From Eledone cirrhosa (Eukaryota), in contig OZ024741.1 in NCBI GenBank assembly GCA_964016885.1, forward strand, positions 385,330,001 through 385,394,000: DNA of 64,000 nucleotides. Reading direction: 5' to 3'. The notes beneath the pieces are model-generated. The model was given only the letters and a program-made list of their open reading frames with translations. It ran no database searches and was not told the origin of the DNA. Of the stretch, positions 13,577 through 25,449 are shown one piece after another. Every line of letters begins with the position of its first letter. Position 1 is the stretch's first letter. Position numbers and translations under genes: made by a program.

Positions 13577-14640
13577 AAGGTGACAGTGAGAGAGGGGGAG
13601 AGTTAAGGTGACTCTGAGAGAGAGAGAGAGTTAAGGTGACTGTGTGAGAGAGAGAGAGAGAGAGAGTTAAGGTGACTGTGAGAGAGAGTGACAGTTAAGG
13701 TGACTGTGAGAGAGAGAGAGTTAAGGTGACTGTGAGAGAGAGAATTAAGGTGACAGTGAGAGAGAGAGAGAGTTAAGGTGACAGTGAGAGAGAGAGAGAG
13801 TTAAGGTGACAGTGAGAGAGATAGAGAGTTAAGGTGACTGTGAGAGAGAGAATTAAGGTGACAGTGAGAGAGAGTGAGAGTTAAGGTGACAGTGAGAGAG
13901 AGAGAGAGTTAAGGTGACAGTGAGAGAGAGAGAGTTAAGGTGACAGTGAGATAGAGAGTTAAGGTGAGAGTGAGAGAGAGAGTTAAGGTGACAGTGAGTT
14001 AGAGAGAGAGTTAAAGTGACAGTGAGAGAGAGAGAGTTAAGGTGACAGTGAGAGAGAGAGAGAGTTTAGGTGACAGTGAGAGAGAGAGTTAAGGTGACAG
14101 TGAGAGACAGAGAGAGTTAAGGTGACTGTGAGAGAGAGAGAGAGTTAAGGTGACTGTGAGAGAGAGAGAGAGTTAAGGTGACTGTGAGAGAGAGAGAGAG
14201 AGAGAGAGAGTTAAGGTGACAGTTAGAGAGAGAGTTTAGGTGACTGTGAGAGAGAGAGAGAGTTAAGGTGACAGTGAGAGACAGAGAGAGTTAAGGTGAC
14301 TGTGAGAGAGAGTGAGTTAAGGTGACTGTGAGAGAGAGAGAGAGTTAAGCTGACTGTGAGAGAGAGAGAGAGAGAGAGAGTTAAGGTGACAGTTAGAGAG
14401 AGAGTTAATGTGACAGTGAGAGAGTGAGACAGTTAAGGTGACTGTGAGAGAGAGAGAGGGTTAAGGTGACTGTGAGAGAGAGAGAGTTAAGGTGACAGTT
14501 AGAGAGAGAGTTAAGGTGACAGTGAGAGAGAGAGTTAAGGTGACTGTGAGAGAGAGAGAGTTAAGGTGACTGTGAGAGAGAGAGAGTTAAGGTGACAGTG
14601 AGAGAGAGAGTGAGTTAAGGTGACAGTGAGAGAGAGAGTT
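3060..14640. repeat. ~2.04-kb higher-order repeat domain within the satellite
   Basis: Rare variant 'gttagttgac' at 3840, 5881, 7925, 10384, 12433 (spacings 2041, 2044, 2459, 2049), plus a partial copy near 7478. Co-travelling markers 'gagaaaaagag', 'gtgaaggagag', 'gtggagttgac'. Confidence 0.85.
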
Positions 14641-17600
14641 TAGGTGACTGTGAGAGAGAGAGAGAGTTAAGGTGACAGTGAGTGAGAGAGAGAGAGTTAA
14701 GGTGACTGTGAGAGAGAGTGAGAGTTAAGGTGATTGTGAGAGAGAGAGTTAAGATGACAGTGAGAGAGAGAGAGAGATTTAAGGTGACAGTGAGAGAGAG
14801 AGAGAGTTAAGGTGACTTTGAGAGAGAGAATTAAGGTGACAGTGAGAGAGAGAGTTAAGGTGACAGTGAGAGAGAGAGAGAGTTAAGGTGACAGTGAGAG
14901 AGAGAGAGAGTTAAGGTGACAGTGAGAGAGAGAGAGTTAAGGTGACAGTGAGATAGAGAGTTAAGGTGACAGTGAGAGAGAGAGTTAAGGTGACAGTGAG
15001 TTAGAGAGAGAGTTAAAGTGACAGTGAGAGAGAGAGAGAGAGATTTAAGGTATCAGTGAGAGAGAGAGAGAGTTTAGGTGACAGTGAGAGAGAGAGTTAA
15101 GGTGATAGTGAGAGAGAGAGAGAGTTTAGGTGACAGTGAGAGAGAGAGTTAAGGTGACAGTGAGAGAGAGAGAGTTAAGGTGACAGTGAGAGAAAGAGTA
15201 AAGGTGACAGTGAGAGAGAGAGTTAAGGTGACAGTGAGAGAGAGGGAGAGTTAAGGTGACAGTGAGAGATAGAGAGTTTAGGTGAAAGTGAGAGAGAGTT
15301 ACGGCGACAGTGATAGAGAGCGTTAAGGTGACAGTGAGAGAGATGGAGATTTAAGGTGACAGTGAGAGAGAGAGTTAAGGTGACAGTGAGAGAGAGGGAG
15401 AGTTAAGGCGACAGTGAGAGAGAGAGAGAGTTAAGGTGACAGTGAGAGAGAGAGAGAGAGAGTCAAGGTGACAGTGAGAGAGGGGGAGAGTTATGGTGAC
15501 TGTGAGAGAGAGAGAGAGTTAAGGTGACTGTGAGAGAGAGAGAGAGAGAGAGAGAGAGTTAAGGTGACTGTGAGAGAGAGTGACAGTTAATGTGACTGTG
15601 AGAGAGAGAGATAAGGTGACTGTGAGAGAGAGAATTAAGGTGACAGTGAGAGAGAGAGAGAGTTAAGGTGACAGTGTGAGAGAGAGAGAGTTAAGGTGAC
15701 AGTGAGAGAGAGAGAGAGTTAAGGTGAATGTGAGAGAGAGAATTAAGGTGACAGTGAGAGAGAGAGAGAGTTAAGGTGACAGTGAAAGAGAGAGAGTTAA
15801 GGTGACAGTGAGATAGAGAGTTAAGGTGACAGTGAGAGAGAGAGTTAAGGTGACAGTGAGTTAGAGAGAGAGTTAAAGTGACAGTGAGAGAGAGAGAGAG
15901 TTAAGGTGACAGTGAGAGAGAGAGAGAGTTTAGGTGACAGTGAGAGAGAGAGTTAAGGTGACAGTGAGAGACAGAGAGAGTTAAGGTGACTGTGAGAGAG
16001 AGAGAGAGTTAAGGTGACTGTGAGAGAGAGAGAGAGAGTTAATGTGACTGTGAGAGAGAGAGAGAGTTAAGGTGACTGTGAGAGAGAGAGAGAGAGAGAG
16101 TTAAGGTGACAGTTAGAGAGAGAGTTTAGGTGACTGTGCGAGAGAGAGAGAGTTAAGGTGACAGTGAGTGAGAGAGAGTTAAGGTGACTGTGAGAGAGAG
16201 AATTAAGGTGACAGTGAGAGAGAGAGAGAGTTAAGGTGACAGTGAGAGAGAGAGAGAGTTAAGGTGACAGTGAGAGAGAGAGAGAGTTAAGGTGACTGTG
16301 AGAGAGAGAATTAAGGTGACAGTGAGAGAGAGTGAGAGTTAAGGTGACAGTGAGAGAGAGAGAGAGTTAAGGTGACAGTGAGAGAGAGAGAGTTAAGGTG
16401 ACAGTGAGATAGAGAGTTAAGGTGACAGTGAGAGAGAGAGTTAAGGTGACAGTGAGTTAGAGAGAGAGTTAAAGTGACAGTGAGAGAGAGAGAGTTAAGG
16501 TGACAGTGAGAGAGAGAGAGAGTTTAGGTGACAGTGAGAGAGAGAGTTAAGGTGACAGTGAGAGACAGAGAGAGTTAAGGTGACTGTGAGAGAGAGAGAG
16601 AGTTAAGGTGACTGTGAGAGAGAGAGAGAGTTAAGGTGACTGTGAGAGAGAGAGAGAGTTAAGGTGACAGTTAGAGAGAGAGTTTAGGTGACTGTGAGAG
16701 AGAGAGAGAGTTAAGGTGACAGTGAGAGACAGAGAGAGTTAAGGTGACTGTGAGAGAGAGTGAGTTAAGGTGACTGTGAGAGAGAGAGAGAGTTAAGCTG
16801 ACTGTGAGAGAGAGAGAGAGATAGAGAGTTAAGGTGACAGTTAGAGAGAGAGTTAATGTGACAGTGAGAGAGTGAGACAGTTAAGGTGACTGTGAGAGAG
16901 AGAGAGGGTTAAGGTGACTGTGAGAGAGAGAGAGTTAAGGTGACAGTTAGAGAGAGAGTTAAGGTGACAGTGAGAGAGAGAGTTAAGGTGACTGTGAGAG
17001 AGAGAGAGTTAAGGTGACTGTGAGAGAGAGAGAGTTAAGGTGACAGTGAGAGAGAGAGTGAGTTAAGGTGACAGTGAGAGAGAGAGTTAAGGTGACAGTG
17101 AGAGAGAGAGTTAAGGTGACAGTGAGAGAGAGGGAGAGTTAAGGTGACAGTGAGAGATAGAGAGTTTAGGTGAAAGTGAGAGAGAGTTAAGGTGACAGTG
17201 ATAGAGAGCGTTAAGGTGACAGTGGGAGAGAGAGAGTTAAGATGACAATGAGAGAGAGAGAGAGAGTTAAGGTGACAGTGAGAGAGAGGGAGAGTTAAGG
17301 TGACAGTGAGAGAGAGAGAGAGTTAAGGTGACAGTGAGAGAGGGAGAGAGTTAGTTGACAGTGAGAGAGAGAGAGTTAAGGTGACAGTGAGAGAGAGAGA
17401 GAGAGAGTTAAGGTGACAGTGAGAGAAAAAGAGAGTTAAGGTGACAGTGGGAGAGAAAGAGTTAAGGTGACAGTGAGAGAGAGAGAGAGTTAAGGTGACA
17501 GTGAGAAAGAGAGAGAGTTAAGGTGACAGTGAGAGAGAGAGTTAAGGTGACAGTGAGAGAGAGAGTTAAGGTGACAGTGAGAGAGAGAGTTAAGGTGACA

Positions 17601-18276
17601 GTGAGAGAGAGAGAGAGTTAATGTGACTGTGAGAGACAGAGAGAGAGAGAGTTAAGCTGACTGTGAGGGAGATAGAAAGAGAGTTAAGGTGACTGTGAGA
17701 GAGAGAGAAAGAGAGTAAAGGTGACTGTGAAGGAGAGAGTTAAGGTGACAGTGAGAGAGAGGGAGAGAGTTAAGGTGACTGTGAGAGAGAGAGAGAGTTA
17801 AGGTGACTGTGAGAGAGAGAGAGAGTTAAGGTGACAGTGAGACAGAGAGAGAGAGTTAAGGTGATAGTGAGAGAGAGAGTTAAGGTGACTGTGAGAGAGA
17901 GAGAGAGTGGAGTTGACAGTGAGAGAGAGAGAGAGTTAAGGTGACTGTGAGAGAGAGAGTTAAGGTGACAGTGAGAGAGAGAGAGAGTTAAGGTGACAGT
18001 GAGAGAGAGAGTGTTAAGATGACAGTGAGAGAGAGAGAGTTAAGGTGACAGTGAGAGAGAGAGTTAAGGTGACTGAGAGAGAGGGAGAGTTAAGGTGAGA
18101 GTGAGAGATAGAGAGTTTAGGTGAAAGGGAGTGAGAGTTAAGGTGACAGTGATAGAGAGCGTTAAGGTGACAGTGAGAGAGAGGGAGAGTTAAGGTGATA
18201 GTGAGAGAGAGAGTTAAGGTGACAGTGAGAGAGAGGGGGAGTTAAGGTGACAGTGAGAGAGAGTGAGAGTTAAGGT

Positions 18277-18319
<43 letters not shown>

Positions 18320-21300
18320 AAGGTGACAGTGAGAGAGGGGGAGAGTTAAGGTGACTGTGAGAGAGAGAGAGAGTTAAGGTGACTGTGAGAGAGAGAGAGA
18401 GAGAGTTAAGGTGACTGTGAGAGAGAGTGACAGTTAAGGTGACTGTGAGAGTGAGAGAGTTAAGGTGACTGTGAGAGAGAGAATTAAGGTGACAGTGAGA
18501 GAGAGAGAGAGTTAAGGTGACAGTGAGAGAGAGAGAGAGTTAAGGTGACAGTGAGAGAGAGAGAGAGTTAAGGTGACAGTGAGAGAGAGAGAGAGTTAAG
18601 GTGACTGTGAGAGAGAGAATTAAGGTGACTGTGAGAGAGAGAGAGAGTTAAGGTGACAGTGAGAGAGAGAGAGTTAAGGTGACAGTGAGATAGAGAGTTA
18701 AGGTGACAGTGAGAGAGAGAGTTAAGTTGACAGTGAGTTAGAGAGAGAGTTAAAGTGACAGTGAGAGAGAGAGAGAGTTAAGGTGACAGTGAGAGAGAGA
18801 GAGAGTTTAGGTGACAGTGAGAGAGAGAGTTAAGGTGACAGTGAGAGACAGAGAGAGTTAAGGTGACTGTGAGAGAGAGAGAGAGTTAAGGTGACTGTGA
18901 GAGAGAGAGAGAGTTAAGGTGACTGTGAGAGAGAGAGAGAGTTAAGGTGACTGTGAGAGAGAGAGAGAGAGAGAGAGTTAAGGTGACAGTTAGAGAGAGA
19001 GTTTAGGTGACTGTGAGAGAGAGAGAGAGTTAAGGTGACAGTGAGTGAGAGAGAGAGAGTTAAGGTGACTGTGAGAGAGAGTGAGAGTTAAGGTGATTGT
19101 GAGAGAGAGAGTTAAGATGACAGTGAGAGAGAGAGAGAGATTTAAGGTGACAGTGAGAGAGAGAGAGAGTTAAGGTGACTTTGAGAGAGAGAATTAAGGT
19201 GACAGTGAGAGAGACAGTTAAGGTGACAGTGAGAGAGAGAGAGAGTTAAGGTGACAGTGAGAGAGAGAGAGAGTTAAGGTGACAGTGAGAGAGAGAGAGT
19301 TAAGGTGACAGTGAGATAGAGAGTTAAGGTGACAGTGAGAGAGAGAGTTAAGGTGACAGTGAGTTACAGAGAGAGTTAAAGTGACAGTGAGAGAGAGAGA
19401 GAGAGATTTAAGGTGTCAGTGAGAGAGAGAGAGAGTTTAGGTGACAGTGAGAGAGAGAGTTAAGGTGATAGTGAGAGAGAGAGAGAGTTTAGGTGACAGT
19501 GAGAGAGAGAGTTAAGGTGACAGTGAGAGAGAGAGAGTTAAGGTGACAGTGAGAGAAAGAGTAAAGGTGACAGTGAGAGAGAGAGTTAAGGTGACAGTGA
19601 GAGAGAGGGAGAGTTAAGGTGACAGTGAGAGATAGAGAGTTTAGGTGAAAGTGAGAGAGAGTTACGGCGACAGTGATAGAGAGCGTTAAGGTGACAGTGA
19701 GAGAGATGGAGATTTAAGGTGACAGTGAGAGAGAGAGTTAAGGTGACAGTGAGAGAGAGGGAGAGTTAAGGCGACAGTGAGAGAGAGAGAGAGTTAAGGT
19801 GACAGTGAGAGAGAGAGAGAGAGAGTTAAGGTGACAGTGAGAGAGGGGGAGAGTTATGGTGACTGTGAGAGAGAGAGAGAGTTAAGGTGACTGTGAGAGA
19901 GAGAGAGAGAGAGAGAGAGAGTTAAGGTGACTGTGAGAGAGAGTGACAGTTAATGTGACTGTGAGAGAGAGAGATAAGGTGACTGTGAGAGAGAGAATTA
20001 AGGTGACAGTGAGAGAGAGAGAGAGTTAAGGTGACAGTGTGAGAGAGAGAGAGTTAAGGTGACAGTGAGAGAGAGAGAGAGTTAAGGTGAATGTGAGAGA
20101 GAGAATTAAGGTGACAGTGAGAGAGAGAGAGAGTTAAGGTGACAGTGAGAGAGAGAGAGTTAAGGTGACAGTGAGATAGAGAGTTAAGGTGACAGTGAGA
20201 GAGAGAGTTAAGGTGACAGTGAGTTAGAGAGAGAGTTAAAGTGACAGTGAGAGAGAGAGAGAGTTTAGGTGACAGTGAGAGAGAGAGAGAGTTTAGGTGA
20301 CAGTGAGAGAGAGAGTTAAGGTGACAGTGAGAGACAGAGAGAGTTAAGGTGACTGTGAGAGAGAGAGAGAGTTAAGGTGACTGTGAGAGAGAGAGAGAGA
20401 GTTAATGTGACTGTGAGAGAGAGAGAGAGTTAAGGTGACTGTGAGAGAGAGAGAGAGAGAGAGTTAAGGTGACAGTTAGAGAGAGAGTTTAGGTGACTGT
20501 GCGAGAGAGAGAGAGTTAAGGTGACAGTGAGTGAGAGAGAGAGTTAAGGTGACAGTGAGAGAGAGAGAGAGTTAAGGTGAGTGTGAGAGAGAGAGAGAGT
20601 TAAGGTGACTGTGAGAGAGAGAATTAAGGTGACAGTGAGAGAGTGAGAGAGTTAAGGTGACAGTGAGAGAGAGAGAGAGTTAAGGTGACAGTGAGAGAGA
20701 TAATTAAGGTGTCAGTGAGAGAGAGAGAGAGTTAAGGTGACAGTGAGATAGAGAGTTAAGGTGACAGTGAGAGAGAGAGTTAAGGTGACAGTGAGTTAGA
20801 GAGAGAGTTAAAGTGACAGTGAGAGAGAGAGAGTTAAGGTGACAGTGAGAGAGAGAGAGAGTTTAGGTGACAGTGAGAGAGAGAGTTAAGGTGACAGTGA
20901 GAGACAGAGAGAGTTAAGGTGACTGTGAGAGAGAGAGAGAGTTAAGGTGACTGTGAGAGAGAGAGAGAGTTAAGGTGACTGTGAGTGAGAGAGAGAGTTA
21001 AGGTGACTGTGAGAGAGAGAGAGAGAGTTAAGGTGACAGTGAGTGAGAGAGAGAGAGTTAAGGTGACTGTGAGAGAGAGTGAGAGTTAAGGTGACTGTGA
21101 GAGAGAGAGTTAAGATGACAGTGAGAGAGAGAGAGAGAGTCAAGGTGACAGTGAGAGAGAGAGAGAGAGTTAAGGTGACTGTGAGAGAGAGAATTAAGGT
21201 GACAGTGAGAGAGAGAGAGAGTTAAGGTGACAGTGAGAGAGAGAGAGAGTTAAGGTGACAGTGAGAGAGAGAGAGAGTTAAGGTGACAGTGAGTTAGAGA

Positions 21301-21806
21301 GAGAGTTAAAGTGACAGTGAGAGAGAGAGAGTTAAGGTGACAGTGAGAGAGAGAGAGAGTTTAGGTGACTGTGAGAGAGAGAATTAAGGTGACAGTGAGA
21401 GAGAGAGAGAGTTAAGGTGACAGTGAGAGAGAGAGAGAGTTAAGGTGACAGTGAGAGAGAGAGAGAATTAAGGTGACGGTGAGTTAGAGAGAGAGTTAAG
21501 GTGACAGTGAGAGATAGAGAGTTTAGGTGAAAGGGAGAGAGAGTTAAGGTGACAGTGATAGAGAGAGTTAAGGTGACATTGAGAGAGAGAGTTAAGGTGA
21601 CAGTGAGAGAGAGGGAGAGTTAAGGTGACAGTGAGAGATAGAGAGTTTAGGTGAAAGGGAGAGAGAGTTAACGTGACAGTGATAGAGAGCGTTAAGGTGA
21701 CAGTGAGAGAGAGGGAGAGTTAAGGTGATAGTGAGAGAGAGACTTAAGGTGACAGTGAGAGAGAGGGGGAGTTAAGGTGACAGTGAGAGAGAGAGAGAGT
21801 TAAGGT

Positions 21807-21839
<33 letters not shown>

Positions 21840-23338
21840 TTAAGGTGACAGTGAGAGAGGGGGAGAGTTAAGGTGACTGTCAGAGAGAGAGAGAGTTAAG
21901 GTGACTGTGAGAGAGAGAGAGAGAGAGAGTTAAGGTGACTGTGAGAGAGAGTGACAGTTAAGGTGACTGTGAGAGACACAGAGTTAAGGTGACTGTGAGA
22001 GAGAGAATTAAGGTGACAGTGAGAGAGAGAGAGAGTTAAGGTGACAGTGAGAGAGAGAGAGAGTTAAGGTGACAGTGAGAGAGAGAGAGAGTTAAGGTGA
22101 CAGTGAGAGAGAGAGAGAGTTAAGGTGACTGTGATAGAGAGCGTTTAGGTGACAGTGAGAGAGAGGGAGAGTTAAGGTGATAGTGAGAGAGAGAGTTAAG
22201 GTGACAGTGAGAGAGAGGGGGAGTTAAGGTGACAGTGAGAGAGAGAGTTAAGGTGACAGTGAGTGAGAGAGAGAGAGAGAGAGAGAGTTAAGGTGACAGT
22301 GAGAGAGGGGGAGAGTTAAGGTGACTGTGACAGAGAGAGAGAGTTAAGGTGACTGTGAGAGAGAGAGAGAGAGTGTTAAGGTGACTGTGAGAGAGAGTGA
22401 CAGTTAAGGTGACTGTGAGAGAGAGAGAGTTAAGGTGACAGTGAGAGAGAGAGAGAGTTAAGGTGACAGTGAGAGAGAGAGAGAGTTAAGGTGACAGTGA
22501 GTTAGAGAGAGAGTTAAAGTGACAGTGAGAGAGAGAGAGTTAAGGTGACAGTGAGAAAGAGAGAGAGTTTAGGTGACTGTGAGAGAGAGAATTAAGGTGA
22601 CAGTGAGAGAGAGAGAGAGTTAAGGTGACAGTGAGAGAGAGAGAGAGTTAAGGTGACATTGAGAGAGAGAGTTAAGGTGACAGTGAGAGAGAGGGAGAGT
22701 TAAGGTGACAGTGAGAGATAGAGAGTTTAGGTGAAAGGGAGAGAGAGTTAAGGTGACAGTGATAGAGAGCGTTAAGGTGACAGTGAGAGAGAGGGAGAGT
22801 TAAGGTGATAGTGAGAGAGAGAGAGTTAAGGTGACAGTGAGAGAGAGGGGGAGTTAAGGTGACAGTGAGAGAGAGAGAGAGTTAATGTGACAGTGAGAGA
22901 GAGAGAGAGAGAGAGTTAAGCTGACAGTGAGAGAGGGGGAGAGTTAAGGTGTCTGTGAGAGAGAGAGAGAGTTAAGGTGACTGTGAGAGAGAGAGAGAGA
23001 GAGAGAGAGTTAAGGTGACTGTGAGAGAGAGTGACAGTTAAGGTGACTGTGAGAGACAGAGAGTTAAGGTGACTGTGAGAGAGAGAATTAAGGTGACAGT
23101 GAGAGAGAGAGAGAGTTAAGGTGACAGTGAGAGAGAGAGAGAGTTAAGGTGACAGTGAGAGAGAGAGAGAGTTAAGGTGACAGTGAGAGAGAGAGAGAGT
23201 TAAGGTGACTGTGATAGAGAGCGTTAAGATGACAGTGAGAGAGAGGGAGAGTTAAGGTGATAGTGAGAGAGAGAGTTAAAGTGACAGTGAGAGAGAGGGG
23301 GAGTTAAGGTGACAGTGAGAGAGAGAGAGAGTTAAGGT

Positions 23339-23379
<41 letters not shown>

Positions 23380-25449
23380 AAGGTGACAGTGAGAGAGGGG
23401 GAGAGTTAAGGTGACTGTGAGAGAGAGAGAGAGTTAAGGTGACTGTGAGAGAGAGAGAGAGAGAGAGAGAGTTAAGGTGACTGTGAGAGAGAGTGACAGT
23501 TAAGGTGACTGTGAGAGAGAGAGAGTTAAGGTGACTGTGAGAGAGAGAATTAAGGTGACAGTGAGAGAGAGAGAGTTAAGGTGACAGTGAGAGAGAGAGA
23601 GATTTAAGGTGACAGTGAGAGAGAGAGAGAGTTAAGGTGACAGTGAGAGAGAGAGAGAGTTAAGGTGACTGTGAGAGAGAGAATTAAGGTGACAGTGAGA
23701 GAGAGAGAGAGTTAAGGTGACAGTGAGAGAGAGAGAGAGTTAAGGTGACAGTGAGAGAGAGAGAGTTAAGGTGACAGTGAGATAGAGAGTTATGGTGACA
23801 GTGAGAGAGAGAGTTAAGGTGACAGTGAGTTAGAGAGAGAGTTAAAGTGACAGTGAGAGAGAGAGAGTTAAGGTGACAGTGAGAGCGAGAGAGAGTTTAG
23901 GTGACAGTGAGAGAGAGAGTTAAGGTGACAGTGAGAGAGAGAGTTAAGGTGACTGTGAGAGAGAGAGAGAGTTAAGGTGACTGTGAGAGAGAGAGAGAGT
24001 TAAGGTGACTGTGAGAGAGAGAGAGAGTTAAGGTGACTGTGAGAGAGAGAGAGAGTTAAGGTGACTGTGAGAGAGAGAGAGAGAGAGAGTTAAGGTGACA
24101 GTTAGAGAGAGAGTTTAGGTGACTGTGAGAGAGAGAGAGAGTTAAGGTGACTGTGAGAGAGAGTGAGAGTTAAGGTGATTGTGAGAGAGAGAGTTAAGAT
24201 GACAGTGAGAGAGAGAGAGAGAGTTAAGGTGACAGAGAGAGAGAGAGAGAGTTAAGGTGACTTTGAGAGAGAGAGAGTTAAGGTGACAGTGAGATAGAGA
24301 GTTAAGGTGACAGTGAGAGAGAGAGTTAAGGTGACAGTGAGTTAGAGAGAGAGTTAAAGTGACAGTGAGAGAGAGAGAGAGATTTAAGGTGTCAGTGAGA
24401 GAGAGAGAGAGTTTAGGTGACAGTGAGAGAGAGAGTTAAGGTGACAGTGAGCGAGAGAGAGTTTAGGTGACAGTGAGAGAGAGAGTTAAGGTGACAGTGA
24501 GAGAGAGAGAGTTAAGGTGACAGTGAGAGAGAGAGTAAAGGTGACAGTGAGAGAGAGAGTTAAGGTGACAGTGAGAGAGAGGGAGAATTAAGGTGACAGT
24601 GAGAGATAGAGAGTTTAGGTGAAAGTGAGAGAGAGTTACGGTGACAGTGATAGAGAGCGTTAAGGTGACATTGAGAGAGAGGGATATTTAAGGTGACAGT
24701 GAGAGAGAGAGTTAAGGTGACAGTGAGAGAGAGGGAGAGTTAAGGTGACAGTGAGAGAGAGAGAGAGTTAAGGTGACAGTGAGAGAGAGAGAGAGAGTTA
24801 AGGTGACAGTGAGAGAGGGGGAGAGTTATGGTGACTGTGAGAGAGAGAGAGAGTTAAGGTGACTGTGAGAGAGAGAGAGAGAGAGTTAAGGTGACTGTGA
24901 GAGAGAGTGACAGTTAATGTGACTGTGAGAGAGAGAGAGAGAGATAAGGTGACTGTGAGAGAGAGAATTAAGGTGACAGTGAGAGAGAGAGAGAGTTAAG
25001 GTGACAGTGAGAGAGAGAGAGAGTTAAGGTGACAGTGAGAGAGAGAGAGAGTTAAGGTGACTGTGAGAGAGAGAATTAAGGTGACAGTGAGAGAGAGAGA
25101 GAGTTAAGGTGACAGTGAGAGAGAGAGAGTTAAGGTGACAGTGAGATAGAGAGTTAAGGTGACAGTGAGAGAGAGAGTTAAGGTGACAGTGATTTAGAGA
25201 GAGAGTTAAAGTGACGGTGAGAGAGAGAGAGAGTTAAGGTGACAGTGAGAGGGAGAGAGAGTTTAGGTGACAGTGAGAGAGAGAGTTAAGGTGACAGTGA
25301 GAGACAGAGAGAGTTAAGGTGACTGTGAGTGACAGAGAGAGTTAAGGTGACTGTGAGAGAGAGAGAGAGAGTTAAGGTGACAGTTAGAGAGAGAGTTTAG
25401 GTGACTGTGCGAGAGAGAGAGAGTTAAGGTGACAGTGAGTGAGAGAGAG

